Source: Alphaproteobacteria bacterium (GTDB taxonomy: Bacteria; Pseudomonadota; Alphaproteobacteria; UBA828). Taken from it: a DNA stretch of 64,000 nucleotides. Location: assembly GCA_965220745.1 (NCBI GenBank), contig CBDCQT010000012.1, positions 192,001 through 256,000 on the forward strand, written 5' to 3'. This document shows, piece by piece, positions 19,587-29,565 of the stretch (its first letter is position 1; the number at the start of each line of letters is the position of its first letter). Below the pieces are notes generated by a model. It did not search any database and was not told where the DNA came from. It saw nothing but the letters and a program-made list of their open reading frames with translations. The translations under genes were made by a program, and so were the position numbers.

Positions 19587-20361
19587 AGTCGTCGTCTCCC
19601 AAGATGTCCTCGGAGCCGAGATAGGCCTCGATCACCTCCGGGTTCGAAACGATCTCCGCCGGCGCACCCTCTGCAAGCTTCTTTCCGAAGTTCAGGACCG
19701 TGATGTACTCGCAGAGCCCCATCACGGTCTTCATGTCATGCTCGACCAGAATGATCGTGATGTTCCACTCGTCCCGCAGCTTGCGAATGATGCCGGTCAT
19801 TCGTTCCGTCTCGGCAGGGTTCATGCCGGCGACCGGCTCGTCCAGCATGAGGATATGCGGCTCGGTGGCGAGCGCCATTGCGACGCCGAGCGCTCTCTGA
19901 TGGCCGTGAGAGAGGTTGGGCGCGAGTTCGTCCCTGAATGCGCTCAAGCCGATGAATTCGAGGATTTCCAGTGCCCGCGCCTCATTGGCCTTCTCCATGC
20001 TGCGCGCGGTGCCGACGATCGCGCCGAACAGGCTCTCGCGCGCATGCAGGTGCCGCGCGATCGACACGTTCTGCAACACGGTGAAATCGCTGAACATGGC
20101 GGAGCGCTGAAAGGTGCGCACCCCGCCCTTGCCGGCAATGCGGCTCGGGCGCAAGCCGGTGAGCTTGTCGCCGTTGAGAAAGACGTCGCCCGAGGTCGGC
20201 TTGTACGTGCCCGAGATGACGTTGAAGAGCGTGGTCTTGCCCGCACCGTTGGGTCCGATGATCCCGCGGATTTCGCCTTCCTCGACTGTCATGTCGAGAT
20301 CGGCAATGGCGAGCAGGCCGCCGAAGCGCTTGCTCAGTTTCCTGACTTCGAGGAGCGACAC
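19576..20361 (-). CDS. livG: Branched-chain amino acid-type ABC ATPase
   Basis: GTG start at VSLLEVRKLSKRFGG; GPNGAGKTT, LSHGHQR, DEPVAGMN, EHDM, VIEAYLG. Confidence 0.9.
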   Translation of the reverse strand: MSLLEVRKLSKRFGGLLAIADLDMTVEEGEIRGIIGPNGAGKTTLFNVISGTYKPTSGDVFLNGDKLTGLRPSRIAGKGGVRTFQRSAMFSDFTVLQNVSIARHLHARESLFGAIVGTARSMEKANEARALEILEFIGLSAFRDELAPNLSHGHQRALGVAMALATEPHILMLDEPVAGMNPAETERMTGIIRKLRDEWNITIILVEHDMKTVMGLCEYITVLNFGKKLAEGAPAEIVSNPEVIEAYLGSEDILGDDDFAA

Positions 20362-20372
20362 GAGACCGGCCC

Positions 20373-21419
20373 CTACGTTCGCGATGCGAAGGTCGTGAAC
20401 CAGGTGCGCAGACGCTGGAATTGCTGCCCCGGCGGCGTGCGCAGTGCACTGCCGACCTTGGGAAAGAGGCTCTCCAGCCCGCCCGGCAGGAAGATGAGGA
20501 AGAAGATCAGAACGGCGCCGAACATCAGAGGGCGCCATTCCAGCAGCGGCCGGCTCCATTCGAAGGCGATGGTCACCACGACCAGTCCCACGATCGGCCC
20601 CCAGAAGGTCGCCGTTCCGCCGACCACCACCCAGATGATCAGATAGATCATCGTGGTCAGGTCGAAGTTTCGCGGATCGATCGAGCCCATTCTGTAGGCC
20701 AGCAGAGCGCCGGCAATACCGGCAAAGAACGCGCCTGTGATAAAGGCGAGGCTGCGGTACCGCGCAACGTCGATGCCGACGCACTCGGCGAGAAGATCGT
20801 CGCTGTGGATCGACTTCCAGGCGTTGCCGATCCGCGATTTGTCGAGCCTCCACATGATGAAGACGGCGGCGAGCATGACGATGAAGCAGGTGAAGTAGAA
20901 CGGCACCGGCGGCGAGAGCCTGAGCCCCACGATCTCCGGCGACGGAATATTGATGATCCCTCGCGTGCCGCCGAACGGAAACTGCACCTTTACCCAGATG
21001 AGCCGCACCAGCTCACCCATGGCGAAGGAGGCGATAAAGAAGCCGAAGCCTGCCGTTCGCAGCAGCGGGATGATGAAGGCCGCGCCCACGATCGCGGCGG
21101 TGATCCCGGCCATCGGCACGACGACCCCGAAGGGCAGGCCGGCATGCTTTGCAATCAGCGCCGCGCCATAGGAGCCCGCGCCCATCAGCACGACATGGGC
21201 GAAGCTCCAGTCCCCGGTCGTGGTGATGAGCCGATAGCTCGTCACCATGATGACGTTGATGAAGAAAACGATCGCGAGCTCGCGGTGGTAGGGCTTCAGC
21301 TCGAAGCCGAGGACGCACAGAACGGCGAGCACCGCGGCGAGGAGGAGCAACGGCGCGATCCGCCGCAGCGCGGTCGCGGACGTGAGGCCCGTGCTGGCTA
21401 CCTCGTCAGGCGCGCTCAC
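20373..21419 (-). CDS. livM: Branched-chain amino acid-type ABC permease
   Basis: Multiple TM helices; GGTRGI, SRIGNAWKSI, VVVGG...GPIVG. Confidence 0.85.
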   Translation of the reverse strand: MSAPDEVASTGLTSATALRRIAPLLLLAAVLAVLCVLGFELKPYHRELAIVFFINVIMVTSYRLITTTGDWSFAHVVLMGAGSYGAALIAKHAGLPFGVVVPMAGITAAIVGAAFIIPLLRTAGFGFFIASFAMGELVRLIWVKVQFPFGGTRGIINIPSPEIVGLRLSPPVPFYFTCFIVMLAAVFIMWRLDKSRIGNAWKSIHSDDLLAECVGIDVARYRSLAFITGAFFAGIAGALLAYRMGSIDPRNFDLTTMIYLIIWVVVGGTATFWGPIVGLVVVTIAFEWSRPLLEWRPLMFGAVLIFFLIFLPGGLESLFPKVGSALRTPPGQQFQRLRTWFTTFASRT

Positions 21420-22275
21420 GGCCGAGCAGCCCCTGCGGGCGAACGATCAGAGTGAGCGCCATGAAGCCGACGCCAACCATCGTCGCGATCAGGTTGTCGG
21501 TCACCGTCGTGACGAAGGTGTGGATGAAGCCGAGGATGACGGCCGCCAGGATCGCGCCTTCGATGCTGGCCATGCCGCCCACGATCACGACCACGAAGGC
21601 GATCAGGATGACCCCGTGGCCCATGTAGGGCGTGACGGAATGGATCGGCGCCATCAGCGCGCCGGCGAGCCCCGCCGAGGCGCCGGCGAGCGCCATCGCC
21701 AGCGCCGTCATGCGGTTGGTGCGGATGCCCTGCAGTGCGGCGATTTCGGGATCCTGCGCGCAGGCGCGCAGCGCCTTGCCCAGCTTGACGCGATAGAGGA
21801 AGAAGCGCAGCGCGAGCAGCATCGCGAACGCGCAGGGGATGACGATGAGACGCTGCCAGCCGATCGTGGCGTCGCCCACGTCGGCAGCGCCCATGTAGGG
21901 TGTTGGAATGCTCTTGGCGATGCCGACGCCCCAGATCTGTCCCGCCAGCACTTGCAGGATGAACGCAAGCCCAGCGGTGGCCATGAAACCGGCCAGGATG
22001 TTCTTTCGCGTCGGCCGGAAGATCAGGCGCTCCGCCACCAACCCGAACAGTGCCACGATCGGGATCGCAAGGATGACTGCGAGCGGGAACGGCAGGCCGA
22101 CGAGCGCGTAGAGAACGTAGACGCAGTAGGCGCCGACCATGAAGAACTCGCCATGGGCGAAGTTCGCCATCTTCATGACGCCGAACGCGAGCGCCAGTCC
22201 GACCGCCACGAGCGCATAGATCGACGACGCCACAACGGAGTTCAGCAGCGTCTGGATCAGGGTAACGGTGTCCAT
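21406..22275 (-). CDS. livH: Branched-chain amino acid-type ABC permease
   Basis: IYALVAVGLALAFGVM...NFAHGEF, LGKALRA, VIVGGMASI, RPQGLLG. Confidence 0.9.
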   Translation of the reverse strand: MDTVTLIQTLLNSVVASSIYALVAVGLALAFGVMKMANFAHGEFFMVGAYCVYVLYALVGLPFPLAVILAIPIVALFGLVAERLIFRPTRKNILAGFMATAGLAFILQVLAGQIWGVGIAKSIPTPYMGAADVGDATIGWQRLIVIPCAFAMLLALRFFLYRVKLGKALRACAQDPEIAALQGIRTNRMTALAMALAGASAGLAGALMAPIHSVTPYMGHGVILIAFVVVIVGGMASIEGAILAAVILGFIHTFVTTVTDNLIATMVGVGFMALTLIVRPQGLLGRERA

Positions 22276-22291
22276 ACGACCGGACTCTGAG

Positions 22292-22322
22292 CAGCGGTCC
22301 CCGGACTATCCGGGGACCGCTG
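22292..22322. promoter_or_regulatory. Intercistronic stem-loop between SBP and permease genes
   Basis: Perfect 14-bp inverted repeat CAGCGGTCCCCGGA-CTA-TCCGGGGACCGCTG, in the typical position of an mRNA-stabilising or attenuating hairpin. Confidence 0.6.
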
Positions 22323-22400
22323 GACCGTACACTATCGTGTCCGCTACGGAAAAGCAGGGCGAGCGTTCATGTCGTTGATTTGCCCGCCCCTTTCACACGC

Positions 22401-23711
22401 TTACTGGCGCTGATCCCACATCTGACCGCGATCCCGCACGTGGGCGATGATCGACTCCTTGTGGGCGTCGAACCAGGGCTCGAAACGCATCATGGAGACG
22501 ATGCGCTTGCAGTTGCAGTCGGCGTCGAAGACGTTGGTCGGGATCGGATGCGACATCATATTCTTGATGCCCCACATGTCCTCGCCCGAGATCAACGCCG
22601 GCCCCTCGATCGTCATGATCGCTTTCTCGGCGCGGATGGCCTCCAGCACCGCATCGGGATCGAAGCTGCCGGCCTTCTCCAAACCGTGCAGATAGACCTG
22701 AACGATCGGCATGTAGAGCCAATCGATGCCGGTCATCGGCGCGTTCACGTCTTCCGGCGCACCGTCGCCGAAGCGGGCCTGCCAATCGTCAACGAACTGG
22801 CTCTGCATCGAGGGGTTGCCCCACCAGGGGTCGTCCATAGTGGGATAGCTGTCGTAGCCGCCAACCTTCGCGGCCCACTCCGGCGGCACCTTCTGCAGCA
22901 CCGATTCCCATTCGATGTAGTTCGCGTTGATGGGCCCTTCAAAGCCCTGCAGATAGAGCTGCTCCAGCACCAGCGGAATGAAATCGGGCCAGGTGATGTT
23001 GAGCGCCACCGCGTCCGGCTTGGCCGCAAGTAGTGCGGTTACGACGGGCGCGAAATCTGTGGTCTCGGGCGAGAAGTGCTCGTCGTAGACGATCTCCCAA
23101 CCCGCCGCCTTTGCCGCGCCAACCTCCCAGGCCTGCCCGACGAATGTCACCGCATCTTCCTGCGCGATGACCCCGTAGGTCTTCAGCTCGGGATAGACGT
23201 TCTTGATGTAGAGCGGGCGCATCATTTCGCCGCGAGGGAACGAGTCCTCGCCGGCGATCACGTAGGGGCGGTTGGGGTTGATGTCGGTGGACGCAAGCGG
23301 CGCATAGAATACGCCGTTGTCCATCAGGAACGGGATCTGGGAGTCCCCGGTCGTGCCGCCGACACCCAGCACCATCTTGACCTCGTTCTCGAAGACAAGC
23401 TGCTTCGCGCCCTGTAGTGCCTTGCTCGGTACATACTCGTTATCGAACTGGTGGATCTCGATCATATGGCGCGTGTCACCGACCAGGAGCCCGCCTTCCG
23501 AGTTGATCCAGTCGGCCAGGATCTTCAGGCCGGTGAGCCCAGGCAGACCCCAGCCCGCGACCGGGCCGGACAGCGGTGCATTGAAGCCGATGCCGATGGG
23601 ATCGCCGACATTCTCCTCGGCGTTTGCTTGAGAGAACGTGCCGAGCGCGAGAACACCGGAAACTGCAAGTATTCCGACGCAGCGGAGCACTGTTTTTCCT
23701 AGCGACTTCAT
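22401..23711 (-). CDS. LivJ/LivK-type periplasmic binding protein
   Basis: Signal peptide; IGFNAPLSGPVAGWG, INSEGGL, TTDFAPVV; ATG 23711 after GGGAGA. Confidence 0.88.
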   Translation of the reverse strand: MKSLGKTVLRCVGILAVSGVLALGTFSQANAEENVGDPIGIGFNAPLSGPVAGWGLPGLTGLKILADWINSEGGLLVGDTRHMIEIHQFDNEYVPSKALQGAKQLVFENEVKMVLGVGGTTGDSQIPFLMDNGVFYAPLASTDINPNRPYVIAGEDSFPRGEMMRPLYIKNVYPELKTYGVIAQEDAVTFVGQAWEVGAAKAAGWEIVYDEHFSPETTDFAPVVTALLAAKPDAVALNITWPDFIPLVLEQLYLQGFEGPINANYIEWESVLQKVPPEWAAKVGGYDSYPTMDDPWWGNPSMQSQFVDDWQARFGDGAPEDVNAPMTGIDWLYMPIVQVYLHGLEKAGSFDPDAVLEAIRAEKAIMTIEGPALISGEDMWGIKNMMSHPIPTNVFDADCNCKRIVSMMRFEPWFDAHKESIIAHVRDRGQMWDQRQ

Positions 23712-24010
23712 GTTGTCTCCCTTTCCCTCGTTGGGTCTTCGCATCAACCAGAGATCCACCCCCAGCGCGGAGCATAGCCGCGCCAAAACGGGCGTTCAAG
23801 CCGACCACGCCCGCCGCCAAGTGCCGACACGCCCCGTGAAGGAAGATGTCCGCGGCCGGACGTTCTCGGGAAAGCAACCGCCGCGCGCCGTTGCATAAAG
23901 CTGCACGCTCCGACAACCTGACGTTCGAGAATGCCTCGGCCTTGCTGTTGACAACCCGAATACGAGTGCCTCGAGTCAGGTGTTTGAACCGATCGCACTA
24001 CCATCCAAGA

Positions 24011-25669
24011 TTAGGTTCCATACTGCACCTCAATACTCCGCTGGTCGGCAAGATCGGGGAACGTCCCTGTTCCGGGCTTCGTCCTGGTTGGTATGGTTGG
24101 CGGTGGATCGGGGATTTGGAACAGGTGTTCGGGTCTGTCGTTGTAGGCGTGTGCGCGCAGCAGCCCGGCCCTGTGCCATCTGTGTACCGTGTCGTCGGAC
24201 CCTCCGAGCCGGTCAGCGGCTTCCAAGGCCGTCAACAGCCCGCGTTCGCGCAGCCGGTCACGGCGGGTCTTGAGAGCGTAGTTGACCCGGACCACCTTCA
24301 CCGATATCGGGTCGAAGGCGTGGCCGTGTCCGGTTCGGTACCCGCGCCGGTTGAGGATCGCTGCGATCTCGCCCTCGGTGTGATCGTTCAACAGCCTGTC
24401 GACCTCGGCGACGACCTCGTCGCTGGTCTTGGTGAGCTGGGAAGGGTGAGGGTCCGGCGTCCAGGTGATCTGTCGGGTCGCGCCGCCGCGCAGGCGCACC
24501 CCGAGGCTCCGCGTGGCCTTGGTCAGGGTCACGTCCTCGATCAGCAGCCGCGCCATCCGCTTGCGCTCGCGGTGCGGCGTCGCCGGATCGTTCCACAGGC
24601 GCGGGAAGTCGCTGGCCAGGGCGAGGATTCGCTCGCGTTGCGCGTCGTCCAACCCCTGGCCCGGTTCGGCGCGGCTGCGCTCGCGCTGGGCCTCGTCGAG
24701 TGCGCGAAGCTTCGCGTTCCACTCCGCCTCCAGCACGTCGGCCACCATCCGGTTGTCGGGATGGGTCTGCATGAACCGCTGGCGGGCCAGGTCGGCTTCC
24801 TCGCGGGCGCGCTGCACCCGCTGGGCGCGCCACAGATCCGCCTCTCCGGCGCGCGCGGCGAGTTCGTCCTGCACCTGCAACGCGACGTCCAGCGTGAGCG
24901 GTGTCATCAGCTCGACCAGCAGCGCGCCGACCGCCCGGTCGATGGCGCCGCCGGATATGCTCTGGCAATTCTCCGCGCTCGCCGTCTCGACCCTTTCGCG
25001 ATTACACAGGTACTGGGGGCTTTGTTGCCCTTTTACGGTTCGGTAGCGCACCGTCATGTTCCTGCCGCACACGCTGCAGATCGCCAGGCCCTGCAGCAGC
25101 GCGGACCCTTCGCGCGGGGCGCCGCGTCGCTCCGCCGCGGCGTGCGCATGGGCATTGTCCCGGAGCTGGCGCTGGTTCTGCTCGAAGCGCTCCCAGGTGA
25201 TGTAGCCCGGGTGGGCATCGCGCAGCAGCACCGTCCATTCCTCTCGCGGAACGCTTCTGGTCTCGACACCGCCGCCGGGACGGCGCCGGCTGCGGCTGCG
25301 CCCGTACGCGAAAGCGCCGGCGTATCGCGGGTTGTGCAGAAGCCCGCACACGCGCGAGAACCTCAGGGGTTTCCAATGCAGTTCACCGCTGTGGAGCCCG
25401 CCTTGAGGACGGTACGGAAACAGCAGCTTCTCGTTGTTGAAATGCCTGACCGTGGCGCTGGCCGAGCCGGTCCGCGTGAAGGTGTCGAATATCAGGCGCA
25501 GACTGTGCTGCACCTGCTCGTCGGGGTCGAGCGCCACGTTGCCGAGCGGGTCGTAGACCAGCCCCACCGGCAGCGACACCTTCAACTCCCCGCGCCTGGC
25601 CTTGGCCAGCACTCCGCCACGCAGCCGGATGCGCATCATGTGCAGCTCCGCTTCCGACATGGTCCCTTT
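24011..25669 (-). pseudogene. Large serine recombinase, C-terminal part (recombinase, zinc-ribbon, coiled-coil and HTH domains)
   Basis: KGTMSEAELH...KARRGEL...LPVGLVYD, LHNPRYAGAFAYGR, HPGYITWE, LLQGLAICSVCG; continues in frame from the 29149-29565 fragment once the RIT is removed. Confidence 0.88.
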
Positions 25670-25731
25670 GAGCCCATATGTAGGACAGCCCGCTATGTCG
25701 GGCAGCATGCGCAACCTACTGTCAACACGAG
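25670..25731 (+). repeat. RIT left inverted repeat
   Basis: 60/62 identical to the reverse complement of 29067-29128; imperfect extension to 25757. Confidence 0.92.
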
Positions 25732-25815
25732 CTTTTTCTCCAAGCTGTCTGACATAATTTTCTCGGTGCGATTCGTCTGACATGACGTCATCTCCACGAG
25801 TACTGGAGGTGAATC

Positions 25816-27060
25816 ATGTTCGAAACTCTCTACAAGGACCCCGCCACCATCGACAGATATCGGCTTGCGCCCCTGTTGGAGGATCGCGAACGGTATCTGT
25901 GCGCCGTGCTCGCCTCGGGTGCGGTCGTTGAGGTCGCACGCCGGGTCGCGCGTGCTCAGCTCGCCCTCATCGATCTGCTGAACCTGCCCGATGCCGACGT
26001 TCCGGTCGATTTTGCGGCGGTAGAGGCGGCTGTTCAGGAGTGGTGTCGGAACGTTCCCGCAGTTTCGGCCGCGAATTTCCGGCGCCATGCCTTTCGCTGG
26101 CTGCGTTTCCTCGGCTGGCTGGAAGAGCCGGTTGGGAATGCCCATCCGCACGCCCGGCAGGTGGAGGCTTTCGCCGCCTGGATGCGGGACGACCGGGGGC
26201 TGTCCGAAGCGACCATCGGCAACTGCTGCTACGAGAGCGACCGTCTCTTTGCCTGGGCAGCAGGCAGGAACCTGATGCTCGCCGACATGACGATCGGCGA
26301 CGTCGACGAGTTCCTTGCCGCGCGGATTGCCGACGGAGGTCTTCGTCGAACGTCCGCGCGCGCCGCGGCCGGGTGTCTGCGCAGCTTTTTCCGTTTCGCC
26401 GAAACGCGGAACTGGTGCCGGTCGGGCATCGCCGGGTGCATCATGCCGCCGCTGGCCTATCCCGACCGACCGGTTCCCAAGGGGTTCGATCACGACGAAG
26501 TCGAGAGGCTGCTCGCCACGACGGAGGGTTCGACCCCGGCAGACGTTGGCGACCGTGCGGTGCTGACGATCCTTGCAACCTGCGGGCTCAGGGCCGGCGA
26601 AGTTGGCGCTCTGCGCGTCGAGGACATCGACTGGGAGCGGGACAAGCTGCGCGTGTTCCGTCCCAAGACCGGCCGAACCGACACCTTCCCGCTCACCCCC
26701 TCCGTCGGCAACGCGTTGATGGACTATCTCCTCAAGGTGCGCCCGGAGGCGGGACGGGAGCGGGCCTTGTTCCTGACGTTGCAGGCTCCGTTCAGGCCGC
26801 TGACGAGCAGCGCCATAGGGATGATCGTCCGCAGCCGCGCGAACCGCCTTGGCATCACCGGCAAGCGCCTGGGCGCCCATGCGCTTCGCCATGCGGCGGC
26901 ACAGCGGCTGGTCGACGAGGGGTGCGGACTCAAGACCGTCGGCGACTTCCTCGGCCATTCCAGCCCGAGCGCGACGGCCGCATACGCAAAGATCGATCTC
27001 GCCTCGCTTCGCCCGGTCGCCGACATCTGCCTGAAGGAGCTGCTCGATGACGCTGCGTGA
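25816..27060 (+). CDS. RIT tyrosine recombinase A
   Basis: CGLRAGEV, RPKTG, HALRH, LGH...AAY catalytic residues; long N-terminal region typical of the first RIT gene. Confidence 0.92.
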   Translation: MFETLYKDPATIDRYRLAPLLEDRERYLCAVLASGAVVEVARRVARAQLALIDLLNLPDADVPVDFAAVEAAVQEWCRNVPAVSAANFRRHAFRWLRFLGWLEEPVGNAHPHARQVEAFAAWMRDDRGLSEATIGNCCYESDRLFAWAAGRNLMLADMTIGDVDEFLAARIADGGLRRTSARAAAGCLRSFFRFAETRNWCRSGIAGCIMPPLAYPDRPVPKGFDHDEVERLLATTEGSTPADVGDRAVLTILATCGLRAGEVGALRVEDIDWERDKLRVFRPKTGRTDTFPLTPSVGNALMDYLLKVRPEAGRERALFLTLQAPFRPLTSSAIGMIVRSRANRLGITGKRLGAHALRHAAAQRLVDEGCGLKTVGDFLGHSSPSATAAYAKIDLASLRPVADICLKELLDDAA

Positions 27061-28036
27061 GGCCGTTGACCGCTATGTTGCGTGGCAGCGCGACCACGGC
27101 GCCAAGTTCCGCTCAAGCGCCGAGACCCTCGATACCTTCTGTCGCCGGATCGGAGAGGACAGGGACTGTGACACGGTGGGCGAGGATGAAGTCCGCCGCT
27201 TCCTTGCCGGCAAGGGGACGCTCACGAGAACACGCGCCGTAAAATACGGAACGCTTGCCGGGTTCTACGGCTTCGCGCTGAGCCGGAGCCATGTGAGTTG
27301 CATGCCCATGCCGCCGCGGGAGGCGGAACCGCGGCCGCCCGAGGTCGCGCCGCCCTTCATCTTCACTCATGAGGAATTGCGGCGCCTGTTCAAGTCGGCA
27401 GGCGGGGGCCGCAGGCGTTGCCTCAAGCTCGATATCGAGACCTTCCGGACATTCCTGCTCCTGCTCTACGGCGCCGGACTGCGCTCCGGAGAAGCGCGGC
27501 GACTGAGCGTGGCGGACGTGGACCTGGACTCCGCGGTGCTCGCGGTGAACGACACGAAGTTCTACAAGAGCCGTCTCGTGCCGGTCGGCGCCGACCTCGC
27601 CGGCATGCTTCGCCGATACGCCGCCATCCGGACACAGCGCCCCCTCCCCGAGGGATCGGCATCCACCTTCCTCGCCTGCCGCGACGGGACGCCGCTGAAA
27701 AAGGCCATCGTACGTCACGCCTTCCATAAGACGCTTCGGGCGGCCGGAATCGAGAACAGAAAACCCGGATGCCGGGCGCCCTGCCTGCATTCGCTGCGCC
27801 ATAGCTTTGCCACCCATCGCCTGACCTCCTGGCATCGCGAGGGGGCCGACGTTCAACGGCTCCTGCCGGCGCTTTCGACCTACCTCGGCCACGGCAGCGT
27901 GGCAGCGACGCAGGTCTACATATCGATGACCCCGGACTTGCTCGACGAGGCCAGCCGCCGGTTCGAGCGCTACGTTGAGCACAACCCAGGCCCGGATGCC
28001 GGGCAGCATCGGAAAGGGGGTACAAGCCATGCCTGA
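27047..28036 (+). CDS. RIT tyrosine recombinase B
   Basis: AGLRSGEA, TKFYKSRLVP, HSLRHSFA, LPALSTYLGH...TQVY. Confidence 0.92.
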   Translation: MTLREAVDRYVAWQRDHGAKFRSSAETLDTFCRRIGEDRDCDTVGEDEVRRFLAGKGTLTRTRAVKYGTLAGFYGFALSRSHVSCMPMPPREAEPRPPEVAPPFIFTHEELRRLFKSAGGGRRRCLKLDIETFRTFLLLLYGAGLRSGEARRLSVADVDLDSAVLAVNDTKFYKSRLVPVGADLAGMLRRYAAIRTQRPLPEGSASTFLACRDGTPLKKAIVRHAFHKTLRAAGIENRKPGCRAPCLHSLRHSFATHRLTSWHREGADVQRLLPALSTYLGHGSVAATQVYISMTPDLLDEASRRFERYVEHNPGPDAGQHRKGGTSHA

Positions 28037-29030
28037 ACGCAGCTCCGCTCTCGGCACATGGATCAAGCGCTTCCTCTTGGAGTATCTCCCGACCGAGCGC
28101 AATCTGGCGGTCAATACCTTGAAGAGTTATCGCGACGGCCTGACGCTGCTGTTGCCCTTCGTGGCCGAGCGCTGCGGCAAGGCAGTGGAGCGGCTCGCGG
28201 TCGAAGATCTGTCCGCCGACCGCGTGACGGCCTTTCTCGGCCACCTGGAACGGGAACGGGGCTGCTCGGCGCAGACCCGCAACCTGCGCCTTACAGCGAT
28301 CCGCTCCTTCGCCCGCTACGTCGCGGTGCGCGACGCCGCACTTGTCGAATGGGCCGGCAGCATCCGCGCCATTCCGCTCAAGAAAACGGTGCGGCCCCGG
28401 ATCGTCTGGCTGTCGGCGGAGAACATGGACGCCATGATCGCCGGGCCGGACAGGCGCACCGTAGCAGGGCGGGTCGAGCACGCCCTTCTCCTGTTCCTCT
28501 ACAACACCGGGGCGAGAGCCTCCGAGGCGGCGGGACTGCAGGTGGAGGATCTGCATCTCCCGGAACGCACGGGCGAAAACGCGCGTGCAACGATCCATGG
28601 CAAGGGAGGAAAGGTCCGCGTCACGCCGATCTGGACGAGCACCGCCAAGGCCCTCGCCGCTCTCTCCAGGGACCGCCCACCCGGCTGCGGGAGCATCTTC
28701 TGGAGCCGGCATCGCAAGCCCTACACCCGGCATGGAATCATCGAACTCGTGGAGCGTGCCGCCGCTCGCGTGCCGGAACTCAAGGGGCAGAAGATCACGC
28801 CGCACGTGCTGCGGCACAGCTGCGCCTGTCACCTGCTTCGCTCCGGCATCGACATCAACACCATTCGTGCCTGGCTCGGTCACGTCTCCCTCGCGACCAC
28901 CAACATCTACGCCGAGGTCGATCTCAAGGCGAAGGAAGAGGCGATGAAATCCACCTGCCCCGGCGATCCCGGGGACAAGCCGCGATGGAAGGCACGAGGT
29001 GGCCTGCTCGAACAGCTGAAGGCAATCTGA
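28029..29030 (+). CDS. RIT tyrosine recombinase C
   Basis: YLPTERNLAVNTLKSYRD, TRNLRLTAIRSF, TGARASE, HGKGGK, HVLRHS, WLGHVSLATTNIY; ATG 28029. Confidence 0.92.
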   Translation: MPERSSALGTWIKRFLLEYLPTERNLAVNTLKSYRDGLTLLLPFVAERCGKAVERLAVEDLSADRVTAFLGHLERERGCSAQTRNLRLTAIRSFARYVAVRDAALVEWAGSIRAIPLKKTVRPRIVWLSAENMDAMIAGPDRRTVAGRVEHALLLFLYNTGARASEAAGLQVEDLHLPERTGENARATIHGKGGKVRVTPIWTSTAKALAALSRDRPPGCGSIFWSRHRKPYTRHGIIELVERAAARVPELKGQKITPHVLRHSCACHLLRSGIDINTIRAWLGHVSLATTNIYAEVDLKAKEEAMKSTCPGDPGDKPRWKARGGLLEQLKAI

Positions 29031-29066
29031 ACGACAAATATTATGTCGGGCAGTCCGGCGAATAAT

Positions 29067-29128
29067 CTCGTGTTGACAGTGGGTTGCGCATGCTGCCCGA
29101 CATAGCGGGCTGTACTACATATGGGCTC
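29067..29128 (-). repeat. RIT right inverted repeat
   Basis: Reverse complement of 25670-25731 with 2 mismatches. Confidence 0.92.
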
Positions 29129-29154
29129 TTATGTGGGCCATGACATAAGAGCCC
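29123..29154. repeat. Terminal palindrome at the RIT right end
   Basis: GGGCTCTTATGT-gggccatg-ACATAAGAGCCC: perfect 12-bp arms with an 8-bp spacer. Confidence 0.85.
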
Positions 29155-29565
29155 GAGCAGTAGCCGATCATTGAAGTCGCCGGGGTCGTAGACGCCGTCC
29201 TCGTCGAGGATCAGCGTCTCGCTCAGGGCGCAGATCTCAAGCAGGCGGTGCCACTCGGTAGAGTTGCGCGCGAGGCGGCTGACCTCGAGCCCGAGCACGA
29301 TCCCGGCCCGGCCCATGCCGACCTCGGCGACCAGGCGCTGGAATCCCTCGCGGTCCCTGTCGGCGCCGGAGAGACCGAGATCGCTGTCGATCACGACGAT
29401 GCTCTCGCTCGGCCAGCCCAGCGCCACCGCCCGCTCCCGCAGCGCGTACTGGCGGCGCGTGCTCTCGCCATGCTCGAACACCTGACGCGGGGTGGACTGA
29501 CGCACGTACAGGTAGGCATCGCGGCTCAGGTGGTTCGCGGCCACCTTCTGGTGAGCGGGGTTCAT
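29149..29565 (-). pseudogene. Large serine recombinase, N-terminal catalytic (resolvase) domain
   Basis: AYLYVRQST (catalytic Ser), DLGLSG, REGFQRL, EVSRLARN; cut by the RIT after DRLLLGL. The reconstructed protein is 691 aa. Confidence 0.9.

Larger units (their letters stand above)
25670..29154 (+). mobile_element. RIT (recombinase in trio) element flanked by a GAGCCC direct repeat
   Basis: Three overlapping tyrosine recombinases; 62-bp inverted repeats; GAGCCC at 25670-75 and 29149-54; removing 3479 bp restores DRLLLGL-KGTM in the host recombinase. Confidence 0.92.

Noticed and set aside
24011-25783. 590-aa ORF as an intact recombinase
   Set aside because: Its first ~38 codons are RIT end sequence; the catalytic domain lies at 29149-29565.
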